The translations under genes were made by a program, and so were the position numbers. A model generated the notes under the pieces. That model ran no database searches, was not told where the DNA came from, and saw nothing but the letters and a program-made list of their open reading frames with translations. Of a stretch of DNA of 62,385 nucleotides, positions 27,035-36,458 are shown in pieces (the stretch's first letter is position 1; the number at the start of each line of letters is the position of its first letter). The stretch is from positions 1 to 62,385 of the forward strand of contig JAWOHX010000103.1 of assembly GCA_046484975.1 (NCBI GenBank), written 5' to 3'. The DNA comes from Clostridia bacterium (lineage in GTDB: Bacteria > Bacillota > Clostridia > DUPQ01).

Positions 27035-27226
27035 TAAAGTAATCCGAGGGTGCCTTACAGAGAGTTGCCGGGTGGTGCAAGGCAACGGGCGCAGCGGATG
27101 AATTCCGCTTTTGAGACGAAGGCGATGAGCCTTCCCGTTTGGCCGGTTATCGCTGAAACAAGAGGGTATATGCCAATTTGGGTGGTACCGCGGAATTTCA
27201 TCCGTCCCATAGTGTGGGGCTTTTTT
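27035..27226 (+). promoter_or_regulatory. T-box riboswitch leader (seryl)
   Basis: It has an AGAGA box (about 27059), GGTGGTGCAA, and the T-box sequence AATTTGGGTGGTACCGCGG (27175-27193). A terminator GTCCCA/TGGGGC + TTTTTT lies at about 27204-27226. The candidate specifier is UCC (27104-27106), followed by G. Confidence 0.85.
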
Positions 27227-27245
27227 ATTGAAGGAGGATGATCAT

Positions 27246-28529
27246 ATGCTGGACATCAACAGGATCAGGGAGAACCCGGAGGAAATTGTCAGGAAATTGT
27301 CAAAAAGAAATCTTGCAGTGGACTTCACGGAGCTGCTGTCATGGGACAAGCAACGCAGGGAACTCATATTCCGCACGGAAAACCGCAAGTCGGAAAAAAA
27401 CATCATCTCATCCAGAATCCCCGCCTGGAAAAAGGAAGGCAGGGATGTCTCCTCATTGCTGGAGGATCTCAAGGCGACCGCAGACGGGATCCGGGAGGAC
27501 GAGGCCGCCATTGCGGAACTGGATAAAAAAATCCGGGGTTTCCTGGAGAATCTGCCCAATGTCCCGGCGGAGGACGTGGCTGCAGGGGACGCCTCCAGGA
27601 ACACGGTGGAAAGGGTCTTCGGGGAAAAACCCGTGTTCGCCTTCCCTGTGCTGGACCATGTGGCCCTCTGTGAAAACCTGGGACTGGTGGACTACCAGAG
27701 GGGCGTCAAGATCGGGGGCAACGGGTTCTGGCTCTATAGAGGGAAAGGGGCCATGATGGAGTGGGCCCTTCTCAACTATTTCATTGAAGAGCACCTGAAG
27801 GACGGATACGAGTTCATCCTTCCGCCCCATATCTTAAACTATGCGTGCGGATATACGGCGGGACAGTTTCCAAAATTCGAGGAGGATGTCTTCTGGCTCG
27901 AGGAAAACGAGGGGAAGGGATACCGGCAGTTCATCCTTCCCACGGCGGAGACCGCCCTGATCAATCTCCACAGGGACGAGATACTGGAGGAATCAGATCT
28001 GCCATGCAAATATTTCGCCTATACGCCCTGCTACCGCAAGGAAGCAGGCAGCTACAGGGCCGAGGAACGGGGAATGATCCGCGGCCACCAGTTCAACAAG
28101 GTGGAGATGTTCCAGTTTACAAAACCTGAGGACAGCGAATCCGCCCTGGAGGAATTGGTGGGAAAGGCGGAAGGGCTCATGCAGGGCCTGGGACTTCATT
28201 ACAGGGTCGCGAAACTTGCCGCCGGGGACTGTTCCCATGCCATGGGCAAGACATATGACATCGAGGTATGGATTCCCAGCATGGGAATTTACAAGGAAGT
28301 GAGCTCTGCATCCAATGCCTATGATTACCAGGCGAGGAGAGGCAACATCCGGTACAGGAGGAAAGAAGAAAAGAAAAATGATTTTGTGCACACATTGAAT
28401 GCATCCGGACTGGCCACAAGCAGGATCATCCCCGCCATCGTGGAGCAGTTCCAGAGAAAGGACGGGAGCGTTGCGGTTCCGTCCGTATTGAGAAAGTGGG
28501 TGGGTGACGATGTCATCAGCAATGGATAA
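27246..28529 (+). CDS. serS: Serine--tRNA ligase
   Basis: It begins MLDINRIRENPEE and has a coiled-coil arm and class II motifs (FRKEAGS-like YRKEAGSY, GSGLATSR-like ASGLATSR). There is a GAAGGAGG RBS. Confidence 0.95.
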   Translation: MLDINRIRENPEEIVRKLSKRNLAVDFTELLSWDKQRRELIFRTENRKSEKNIISSRIPAWKKEGRDVSSLLEDLKATADGIREDEAAIAELDKKIRGFLENLPNVPAEDVAAGDASRNTVERVFGEKPVFAFPVLDHVALCENLGLVDYQRGVKIGGNGFWLYRGKGAMMEWALLNYFIEEHLKDGYEFILPPHILNYACGYTAGQFPKFEEDVFWLEENEGKGYRQFILPTAETALINLHRDEILEESDLPCKYFAYTPCYRKEAGSYRAEERGMIRGHQFNKVEMFQFTKPEDSESALEELVGKAEGLMQGLGLHYRVAKLAAGDCSHAMGKTYDIEVWIPSMGIYKEVSSASNAYDYQARRGNIRYRRKEEKKNDFVHTLNASGLATSRIIPAIVEQFQRKDGSVAVPSVLRKWVGDDVISNG

Positions 28530-30204
28530 GGAGTTTGTTTTTGATGTCCATGAGGTCAGGGATCTAAAAGACATGATGCGAATCACCGTGCGGGACAACG
28601 GTCCGGGAAATGCCTTCCTGAGCAAGGAGGATGGCGTCTACACGGGAATCACATACAATGAGCTGCACCGGGACATGGAAGGACTGGGTACTGCGCTGCT
28701 GGAAGCGGGATACAAGGACGCTTTCATCGGCGTCATGGGTGAAAACTCCTATGCCTGGTGCCTGACCTACCTTGCGGTGGTGAACGGGACGGGGGTCATC
28801 GTTCCCCTGGACAAGGAGCTGGATGCCGCAGAGATGCTGTATCTTGCGGAGCAAAGCGGGATGCAGGTTCTGGTCTATTCATCCAAGCAAAAGGAAAAAG
28901 CGGAATATCTGAAGGAAAAATCCAGTACGATATCCCTGTTCCTCTCCATGGAAGAGGAGCTCCCTGCATTCATGGAAAAAGGAAAAAACGCGGTGGAATC
29001 CGGAAACAGGATGTACCTTGACATGGGGATCGACCCTGAGAAGCTCAGCATCCTGTTGTATACATCCGGCACCACAGGGATGGCCAAGGGCGTCATGCTG
29101 TGCCACAGGAACATCCTGACGGAACTCTACGGCATCTGCAAGATCGTGGACCTGGACCGGAAGGACACCCTGTTGTCCATCCTGCCCATCCATCATACCT
29201 ATGAATGCACCTGCGGGTTCCTTGCCACCATGTACAAGGGAGGGACACTGGCCTTTTGCGAGGGGATCCGTTACATCGCCCAGAACATCAAGGAGGTCAG
29301 ACCGACCAAAATCGTCCTGGTCCCCCTGATCCTGGAAGGGATTTTTGAGAAGATCAAGAAGAAGGCCGAGGCGACAACCGTCAAAAAGATATTGTTCCGC
29401 CTGATGGTCTCCGCAGGCTCCCTGCTAAAGAATGAAACAAGGAAAAAACTCTTCCACAAGGTGCATGATGTCTTTGGGGGAAGGCTGGAACAGGTGATCT
29501 GCGGCGCATCCGCGTTGAATCCCAAGGTTTCGAAGGCGCTTGAGAACATGGGATTGCAAATCCTCCAGGGGTACGGGCTCACGGAATGCGCCCCCATCGC
29601 CACGGGGAACAGGCAGTTCGCCAACAAACACGGTTCCATCGGGCTGCCCCTGCCCGGGGTGGAGGTGGCCATCCACAAGCCGGATGAAAAAGGCATCGGG
29701 GAGATCATCATCAGGGGCGGGAATGTCATGATTGGCTATTACAACAATCCTGAAGCCACCGCATCCACACTCCGCAACGGATGGCTCCATACGGGGGATG
29801 TGGGTTACGTGGACAAGGACGGGTTTTTCTACATCACCGGAAGGATCAAAAACCTGATCGTCACAAAAACGGGTAAAAACATATTCCCGGAGGAGCTGGA
29901 AGCAAAGCTCAACGAAAGCCCGTTCATCCTGGAATCCCTGGTCTCCGGGAGCGAGGAGGACATCACCAAGGAGGACACGGTCAAGGCGCACATTGTTCCG
30001 CGGATGGAGGCCATCAAGGAAAAACTCAACGCCATCAAACCTTCCCTGGAAGAGATCCGGAGGGTCATCGAGGAGGAAGTCCAAAGAATCAACAGGAAGC
30101 TTCCCATCTTCAAGCGCATACAGAAAATCCATGTGCAGGACGAGGAGTTTGAAAAGACAACAACAAAGAAGATCAAACGGCACAAACTCAGGAAAGAGAA
30201 TTGA
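28504..30204 (+). CDS. AMP-dependent synthetase / long-chain-fatty-acid--CoA ligase family
   Basis: It has LYTSGTTGMAKGVML (AMP-binding motif), GYGLTEC, and TGDVGYVDKDGFFYITGRIKNLI. The start is uncertain (28504, 28510 or 28522), and it overlaps the serS 3' end. Confidence 0.85.
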   Translation: MTMSSAMDKEFVFDVHEVRDLKDMMRITVRDNGPGNAFLSKEDGVYTGITYNELHRDMEGLGTALLEAGYKDAFIGVMGENSYAWCLTYLAVVNGTGVIVPLDKELDAAEMLYLAEQSGMQVLVYSSKQKEKAEYLKEKSSTISLFLSMEEELPAFMEKGKNAVESGNRMYLDMGIDPEKLSILLYTSGTTGMAKGVMLCHRNILTELYGICKIVDLDRKDTLLSILPIHHTYECTCGFLATMYKGGTLAFCEGIRYIAQNIKEVRPTKIVLVPLILEGIFEKIKKKAEATTVKKILFRLMVSAGSLLKNETRKKLFHKVHDVFGGRLEQVICGASALNPKVSKALENMGLQILQGYGLTECAPIATGNRQFANKHGSIGLPLPGVEVAIHKPDEKGIGEIIIRGGNVMIGYYNNPEATASTLRNGWLHTGDVGYVDKDGFFYITGRIKNLIVTKTGKNIFPEELEAKLNESPFILESLVSGSEEDITKEDTVKAHIVPRMEAIKEKLNAIKPSLEEIRRVIEEEVQRINRKLPIFKRIQKIHVQDEEFEKTTTKKIKRHKLRKEN

Positions 30205-30258
30205 CATTCTTCCCATGGTGGGGTATATTTTATAACAATAAAAGTGAAGGCGGACAAC

Positions 30259-31503
30259 ATGGAATACTACACCAGGAATACTGACTTTTTCAAAGGATAT
30301 GACCCGGACAGGATGCTGGACGAGTTCGGGTCCCCCCTTTATGTATACAATGAGGACATCTTGAGGCAGCGGTGCCGTGAAATGACCGGCTTCGTGCCAT
30401 ATGAGAATTTCAAGGTGACCTATTCCATCAAGGCCAATGCCAACCTGGAGCTGTTGAAGGTCATCCGGGAGGAAGGACTTCATGCCGACGCCATGTCTCC
30501 CGGGGAAATCCTCGTGCTGAGAAAAGCGGGGTTCAGGCCGGAGGAAATTTTTTACATCAGCAACAATGTGAGCGCGGAAGAAATGAAATATGCGGTGGAA
30601 AAAGGAATCATGGTCAGTGTCGACAGCCTTTCCCAGCTTGAGACCTACGGGAAAAACTTCAGCGGAAGCAAGGTCAGCGTGCGGCTCAATACTGGAATCG
30701 GCGATGGACACCACAGCAAGGTGGTCACTGGAGGCAGCAAGACAAAATTCGGCATCAACACAGGGCAGGCCGGGGAAATACAAAAAATCGCAAGGACGTA
30801 CCATCTGAGGATTACGGGACTGAACCAGCACATCGGATCCCTGTTCATGAGAGGGGACAATTACATCGACAGTGTCCAGGAACTGCTGGATGTGGCAAAG
30901 GGGTTCGAAGGCCTGGAATTCGTGGATTTCGGGGGAGGCTTCGGCATCCCCTACAAAAAGCAGGAAGGGGAGCGGCCCCTTCAGCTGGAGGCCTTCGGGG
31001 AGAAACTCAACAGGAAGTTCGAAGCCTTTGCCTCGGAATACGGCTCCAGGATCATGTTCCGGAGCGAACCCGGAAGGTACATCGTCGCGGAGTGCGGTAT
31101 TCTCCTGGGCCGGGTCCATGCCAGGAAGACCAACGGCAGCATCAGGTTCATCGGCACCGACCTTGGAATGAACGTCCTGGCACGCCCCTCATTGTACAAC
31201 AGCCACCATGACATCGAGGTGTACCGGGATGGCAGGCTTTTGGACGGACAGGAGAAAGAGATTGTCACCGTGGTGGGCAATATCTGCGAAAGCGGGGATA
31301 TCCTGGCTCATGACAGGCTGCTTCCCCTCATCCGGGAAGGGGATGTGCTGGGTGTGATGGATGCCGGTGCCTATGGTTATATCATGGCCTCCAATTACAA
31401 CAACAGGCCCCGCCCTGCAGAGGTCCTCATCAAATCCGACAAAAGCATCAAGCTCATCAGGACCAGGGAAACCATCGAGGACCTGCTGAGAAACTTCCTG
31501 TGA
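30259..31503 (+). CDS. lysA: Diaminopimelate decarboxylase
   Basis: It has YSIKANANLELL (PLP Lys), GGGFGIPY, EPGRYIVAE, CESGD and DAGAYG. Confidence 0.9.
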   Translation: MEYYTRNTDFFKGYDPDRMLDEFGSPLYVYNEDILRQRCREMTGFVPYENFKVTYSIKANANLELLKVIREEGLHADAMSPGEILVLRKAGFRPEEIFYISNNVSAEEMKYAVEKGIMVSVDSLSQLETYGKNFSGSKVSVRLNTGIGDGHHSKVVTGGSKTKFGINTGQAGEIQKIARTYHLRITGLNQHIGSLFMRGDNYIDSVQELLDVAKGFEGLEFVDFGGGFGIPYKKQEGERPLQLEAFGEKLNRKFEAFASEYGSRIMFRSEPGRYIVAECGILLGRVHARKTNGSIRFIGTDLGMNVLARPSLYNSHHDIEVYRDGRLLDGQEKEIVTVVGNICESGDILAHDRLLPLIREGDVLGVMDAGAYGYIMASNYNNRPRPAEVLIKSDKSIKLIRTRETIEDLLRNFL

Positions 31504-31592
31504 TTCCATGCAAAGCGGTTTATACCGGCGGATGAAACTTATTTCATTTTCCAATCGTTTAATTGGTATGAATAAAATAGGCGGTGAACAAA

Positions 31593-32816
31593 ATGAAAAA
31601 AACAATGATTGTCATCACAGCGTTGATTCTCTCGGCTGTCATGGCAGCCTGCAGTACCGGGGGGGTTCCCCAGACCATGAAGACCACGTATGCAGCAGAA
31701 AAAAGCAATGATGTGATTTCCGGGAACATTGATTTCGCCTTCGACTTTTTCAAAGAACTCAACATCGCGGACAGGGACGAAAACATCTTCGTGTCCCCCT
31801 TCAGCATCTCATCCGCCCTGTCCATGCTATATAACGGCGCAGCGGGCAGGACCAGGACGGACATGGCGCAGGCTTTGCGTTATGCCGGAATCAGCGACGA
31901 GGAGTTCAACAAGGGGCACAGGTATCTGTTGGACAGGCTGGAAAGCCTGGACGGGAAAGTCACCATCGACATCAACAATTCGGTATGGATCCGGGAAAAC
32001 TTCATCGTGAACCCAGACTTCATCCAGCTGAGCAAGAACACTTTCAGCGCCGAGGTGAGAAGCCTGGATTTCAGCAGGATGGATGCCACCCGGATCATCA
32101 ATGAGTGGGTGGAGGAAAAGACAAGAGGCAAGATCGACCAGATCATTGACCGGATTGACCAGGACGTGGTGATGTATCTCATCAACACAATCTATTTCCT
32201 CGGTGACTGGACATACAGTTTCGACAAGGACAAGACCGCGGACTATGCCTTTAAGAATTACAGCGGCGCTGTCACTGATGTGGACATGATGTACCTCAAA
32301 ACCACGTTGCGCTACATGGATAAGGACGGGTTCCGTGCGGTCAGGCTTCCCTACGGGGAAGGAAAGACTTCCATGGTCATCCTTCTGCCTGATGAAGGCA
32401 CGGACATCAACGAGTTCATCAAGAGCCTGGACAGGAAGAAATGGGAGGAAATCCTTTTGGGGATGCAAAGCCATGAGGATGTCCTGGTGCGGCTCCCGAA
32501 ATTCAAAATGGAGTATGGCATCCGCAACATCAGCAGTGAACTCATCAGCATGGGCATGGGATCCGCATTCTCCAATGCTGATTTCAGCAGAATTGCAAAC
32601 AACCTGGAAATCAGCCGTGTGCTCCACAAGGCCGTCATCGAGGTGGACGAGAAGGGGACGGAGGCCGCGGCAGTAACGGCGGTGGAGATCCGGCTCACCT
32701 CCTTTATCCCTGACGAAAAGCCCAGGGAACTCATCGCAGACAGGCCCTTCATCTACATCATCACCGACGATGAGGACCAGAGTATCCTTTTCATGGGAAA
32801 AATGCTACAGCCGTAA
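31593..32816 (+). CDS. Serpin-family serine protease inhibitor, lipoprotein
   Basis: It has a lipobox (LSAVMAAC), NIFVSPFSISSALSMLYNGAAGRT, an inhibitory-type hinge (EKGTEAAAVTAV), and a RPFIYII C-terminal motif. Confidence 0.85.
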   Translation: MKKTMIVITALILSAVMAACSTGGVPQTMKTTYAAEKSNDVISGNIDFAFDFFKELNIADRDENIFVSPFSISSALSMLYNGAAGRTRTDMAQALRYAGISDEEFNKGHRYLLDRLESLDGKVTIDINNSVWIRENFIVNPDFIQLSKNTFSAEVRSLDFSRMDATRIINEWVEEKTRGKIDQIIDRIDQDVVMYLINTIYFLGDWTYSFDKDKTADYAFKNYSGAVTDVDMMYLKTTLRYMDKDGFRAVRLPYGEGKTSMVILLPDEGTDINEFIKSLDRKKWEEILLGMQSHEDVLVRLPKFKMEYGIRNISSELISMGMGSAFSNADFSRIANNLEISRVLHKAVIEVDEKGTEAAAVTAVEIRLTSFIPDEKPRELIADRPFIYIITDDEDQSILFMGKMLQP

Positions 32817-32839
32817 TCTTAAAAAAATGTTATGTCAAC

Positions 32840-32867
32840 GCACCGGATGGCTCCGGTGCTATTTTTT
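32840..32867 (+). terminator. Rho-independent terminator after serpin gene
   Basis: The stem GCACCGGA (32840-32847) / TCCGGTGC (32852-32859) encloses the loop TGGC and is followed by TATTTTTT. Confidence 0.8.
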
Positions 32868-32870
32868 GCC

Positions 32871-32899
32871 TTGACATCCGGGGATTTGTTCAATAGAAT
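32871..32899 (+). promoter_or_regulatory. Promoter of the alaS T-box leader
   Basis: TTGACA (32871-32876), a 17-nt spacer, and TAGAAT (32894-32899). Confidence 0.6.
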
Positions 32900-32905
32900 G
32901 AGTTT

Positions 32906-33160
32906 AGAAAAAGGCGCTTGAAAAGGAAGAGTAACCTTTGGTCCTGCTCAATGAAAGAGAGGGGTGCACCGGTGAAAGCATCCCGGAGACCGGACAAAAG
33001 GCGAAGCTACCCTTACAGCCCCGGGGTCTCCAAAGCCCCGGCGTACCACGGCGTTAACGTGTTTTGAGTGTATCCGTCACTGCGGCGGATGAACTTGGGT
33101 GGTACCGCGAATGGCTCTCGTCCCATGATGGATAGAGGGCTGTTGCTATATAAAGGAGAG
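32906..33160 (+). promoter_or_regulatory. T-box riboswitch leader (alanyl, specifier GCU)
   Basis: It has an AGAGAGG box (about 32956), GGTGAAAG, the specifier context GAA-GCT-A (GCT at 33006-33008), and the T-box sequence AACTTGGGTGGTACCGCGA (33092-33110). Confidence 0.85.
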
Positions 33161-33166
33161 ATTGTC

Positions 33167-35782
33167 ATGAATGAACGCTCATTGAATGTCCTGCGGGAAA
33201 AGTTCCTGTCGTTTTTCGAAGGGAAAGGCCATCTTGTGGTACCGAGTTTTCCACTGGTCCCAAAGGATGACCCCAGCATCCTGCTCGTCAATGCAGGGAT
33301 GGCGCCCCTCAAGCCATATTTCACGGGAGCCAAGAAGCCCCCTTCCCCTCGCATGGCCAACTGCCAGAAATGCATCCGGACCCCGGACATCGAGAGGGTG
33401 GGGAAAACATCCAGGCACGGCACATTTTTTGAGATGCTGGGGAATTTCTCCTTCGGCGACTATTTCAAGGAGGACGCCATCCGGTGGGCTTGGGAGTTTT
33501 TGACCATGGAAATGAAAATCCCGGAGGAAAGACTGCTGGTCTCGGTATATCTGGAGGATGACGAGGCCTATGCCATCTGGAATGAACAGATGGGCCTTGG
33601 ACCGGAAAAAATCTTCCGTCTGGGGAAGGAGGACAACTTCTGGGAGCTCGGGACAGGCCCCTGCGGCCCCTGTTCCGAAATCCATTACGACAGGGGTGCG
33701 GACAAGGGGTGTCAGGAACCAGGCTGCGGGGTGGGCTGTGACTGCGACCGGTACATCGAGGTATGGAACCTGGTGTTCACCCAGTTCGACAAGCTGGAGG
33801 ACGGCAGTTATGTGCCTCTTGAAAAAAAGAACATCGACACAGGCATGGGCCTTGAGCGGCTGGCCTGTGTGGTACAGGGCGTGGACAATCTGTTCGAGGT
33901 GGATACGATCAGGGCCATTCTTGACAAGGTATGCGACATCGCAGGGAAGGATTACAAAAAAAACGAGAATGACGACGTCTCCATCCGGATTGTCACCGAC
34001 CACATCCGAAGCACCGTGATGATGATATCCGATGGCATTCTGCCCTCCAACGAGGGAAGGGGATATGTGTTGCGGCGTCTTTTGAGAAGGGCGGCCAGGC
34101 ACGGCAAGCTTCTGGGAGTGGAACGACCATTCCTCACGGAGCTGGCTGACGTTGCGATCGCGGAGTCCAGGAAGGCTTACCCTGAGCTTGTGGAAAAGGC
34201 AGAGTACATCCGCAAGGTGCTTTCGACGGAGGAAGACAGGTTCCGGTCCACCATTGAGCAGGGGCTTGTGATCCTCCGGGAAGCCATCGAGGAGATGAGG
34301 GTTGGAGACGCTGTTGAAATACCCGGGGAGAGTGCATTCAAGCTATATGACACCTATGGGTTTCCTTATGAGCTGACGGAGGAAATCGCCTTGGAAAACG
34401 GGCTGACGGTGGACAGGCAGGGATATGACCGGGAGATGGACAAGCAAAGGCAGATGGCAAGAAACGCAAAAAAAACAGGGCAATCCGATGGATGGGACAC
34501 GTCAAAAGGCATGTTCAACGGCATCAAGCCCACCGTTTTCACGGGATATGACGAAGAGCAAGGCCATGCGACGGTCCTGGGCATCCGGGAGGACGACGGC
34601 CAGACGACACTGGTATTGGACCGGACGCCTTTTTATGCAGAGGGAGGCGGCCAGGTCTGGGATACCGGGACCATCTCCAATGAAAACTTCCATATGAAGG
34701 TGGAACGCTGCATCCAGGATGACAACGGACTGTATCTTCACCAGGGACATGTGGAAAAAGGAACCGTTCTGCCAGGGGAACCGGTGAAGGCAGGCATTGA
34801 CGTGGAAAGGCGGAGCCACATCCGAAGGAATCACACCGTTACCCATCTTCTCCACCATGTGCTGCGCAACACCCTTGGCAATCATGTGAGGCAGGCAGGA
34901 TCCTATGTGGATGATGAAAGGCTTCGGTTCGACTTCACCCATTTCGCTCCTCTCACGGAAGAGGAGACGGCATTGATACAGGACACTGTGAACGGGATCA
35001 TCCTGGAAGCCCTTCCCGTCACCACCCGGCTGATGACGCTGGAAGAAGCACAAAAAAGCAACGTGACGGCTCTTTTCGAGGAGAAATACGGGAACCAGGT
35101 CAGGGTGGTCTCCGTAGGAGAAGCCAGCAGGGAACTGTGCGGGGGAACTCACCTGGGGAACACAGGGCAGGCGGGAATCTTCAAGGTGCTTTCAGAGAAC
35201 GGGATTTCAGCCGGGGTCCGGAGGATCGAGGCCCTGACGGGATGGAACGCATACCGGCATTACGAGGACACGGACAGGATGCTGAGGGGACTGGCCAGGG
35301 AACTAAAAGCCACGGACATCGGACTGGTTCCTTCCAGGGTTTTGAACCTTGCAAAGGAACTGAAGGAAAGCCGCAGGGAAAACGATGCCCTTCGGGGCAA
35401 TGCCCTGAAAGACGCCATGGAAGGATTCCTTGAAAAAGCCGAGACCATGGGAACGTCCAAGGTGATCGTGGAGAAGGTGGAAGGCATGGACATGGAGCAG
35501 CTGAGATCCTCCCTGGACAGGGTAAGGGAAAAACATGAGGATTGCGTGGCAATCCTTGCAGGGTTTTCCGGTGACACGGTGAATTTCGCAGGAGTGGCCT
35601 CGAAACCGGCCGTGCAAAAGGGCATCCACATGGGCAATCTCCTGAAGGAAGCCGCCAGGATGACCGGAGGGGGTGGCGGGGGAAGGCCCGACATGGCCCA
35701 GGCAGGAGGGAAGGATGCATCCAAGACGGATGAAGCGCTGGCTTTCGTGAAAAGCCGCATCAGGGAGGTGCTTGGGCGATGA
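33167..35782 (+). CDS. alaS: Alanine--tRNA ligase
   Basis: It begins MNERSLNVLREKFLSFFEGKGH and has NAGM, RHGTFFEMLGNFSFGDYFK, editing-domain HxxxH (HTVTHLLHH), CGGTH, and a C-terminal DHHA1 (GGGGGGRPDMAQAGG). Confidence 0.97.
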   Translation: MNERSLNVLREKFLSFFEGKGHLVVPSFPLVPKDDPSILLVNAGMAPLKPYFTGAKKPPSPRMANCQKCIRTPDIERVGKTSRHGTFFEMLGNFSFGDYFKEDAIRWAWEFLTMEMKIPEERLLVSVYLEDDEAYAIWNEQMGLGPEKIFRLGKEDNFWELGTGPCGPCSEIHYDRGADKGCQEPGCGVGCDCDRYIEVWNLVFTQFDKLEDGSYVPLEKKNIDTGMGLERLACVVQGVDNLFEVDTIRAILDKVCDIAGKDYKKNENDDVSIRIVTDHIRSTVMMISDGILPSNEGRGYVLRRLLRRAARHGKLLGVERPFLTELADVAIAESRKAYPELVEKAEYIRKVLSTEEDRFRSTIEQGLVILREAIEEMRVGDAVEIPGESAFKLYDTYGFPYELTEEIALENGLTVDRQGYDREMDKQRQMARNAKKTGQSDGWDTSKGMFNGIKPTVFTGYDEEQGHATVLGIREDDGQTTLVLDRTPFYAEGGGQVWDTGTISNENFHMKVERCIQDDNGLYLHQGHVEKGTVLPGEPVKAGIDVERRSHIRRNHTVTHLLHHVLRNTLGNHVRQAGSYVDDERLRFDFTHFAPLTEEETALIQDTVNGIILEALPVTTRLMTLEEAQKSNVTALFEEKYGNQVRVVSVGEASRELCGGTHLGNTGQAGIFKVLSENGISAGVRRIEALTGWNAYRHYEDTDRMLRGLARELKATDIGLVPSRVLNLAKELKESRRENDALRGNALKDAMEGFLEKAETMGTSKVIVEKVEGMDMEQLRSSLDRVREKHEDCVAILAGFSGDTVNFAGVASKPAVQKGIHMGNLLKEAARMTGGGGGGRPDMAQAGGKDASKTDEALAFVKSRIREVLGR

Positions 35783-36123
35783 AGGATTGCGTGTTCTGCA
35801 GAATCATCGAAGGAAGCATACCGGCTCAAAGAATATATGAAGATGAGAAGACCATTGTCATCAGGGACATCAACCCGGTGGCCCCGGTCCATCTGCTGGT
35901 CATCCCTAAGACCCATATCGAAGGCTTGAATGAACTCACAGCGGAACAGGCGGACATCAGCCATGCAATCCTCATGGCAGCCAGGAAGGCAGCCGGATTG
36001 ACGGGGATCGATGAGGACGGATACAGGCTGGTGAACAACTGCGGGGAAAAAGCGGGACAGACGGTGATGCACCTGCATTTCCATGTTTTGGGAGGAACCG
36101 AGATGAGGGAACTGAAAATATAG
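35779..36123 (+). CDS. HIT-family (Hint-like) nucleotide hydrolase
   Basis: It has CVFCRI.., VHLLVIPK, and the histidine triad HLHFHVLGG. It overlaps alaS by ATGA. Confidence 0.9.
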   Translation: MKDCVFCRIIEGSIPAQRIYEDEKTIVIRDINPVAPVHLLVIPKTHIEGLNELTAEQADISHAILMAARKAAGLTGIDEDGYRLVNNCGEKAGQTVMHLHFHVLGGTEMRELKI

Positions 36124-36153
36124 TTGACGGTACTTACGTTTATCGGTTATAAT
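36124..36153 (+). promoter_or_regulatory. Promoter of rpsU
   Basis: TTGACG (36124-36129), an 18-nt spacer, and TATAAT (36148-36153). Confidence 0.55.
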
Positions 36154-36239
36154 ACCACTTAGTGTTTATGAAATACAACCATTGCACCGGTAATAGGTTT
36201 TCCCTATATATATGGGTCGGAGGGGAGTGAAAGAGAAGC

Positions 36240-36416
36240 ATGGCAGAAGTCAGGATAAAAGACAACGAAACCCTTGAAAGCGCACTGAAAAGATTCAAGA
36301 GGCAGTGTGCCAAGGCTGGGGTACTTGCTGAGGTCAGGAAAAGGGAGCATTACGAGAAGCCCAGCGTCAAAAGGAAAAAGAAATCCGAAGCCGCAAGAAA
36401 AAGAAAAAAGAAGTAA
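36240..36416 (+). CDS. rpsU: 30S ribosomal protein S21 (58 aa; below the ORF-track length cut-off)
   Basis: My manual translation is [58 protein letters not shown], which is the canonical S21 pattern. There is a GGAGGGGAG RBS upstream. Confidence 0.9.
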   Translation: MAEVRIKDNETLESALKRFKRQCAKAGVLAEVRKREHYEKPSVKRKKKSEAARKRKKK

Positions 36417-36426
36417 AAAAGAATCC

Positions 36427-36458
36427 AAAAAAAAGCCTGATCCACATCAGGCTTTTTC
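36427..36458. terminator. Bidirectional rho-independent terminator between rpsU (+) and purA (-)
   Basis: The stem AGCCTGAT (36434-36441) / ATCAGGCT (36446-36453) is flanked by an A-run on the 5' side and a T-run on the 3' side. Confidence 0.8.
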
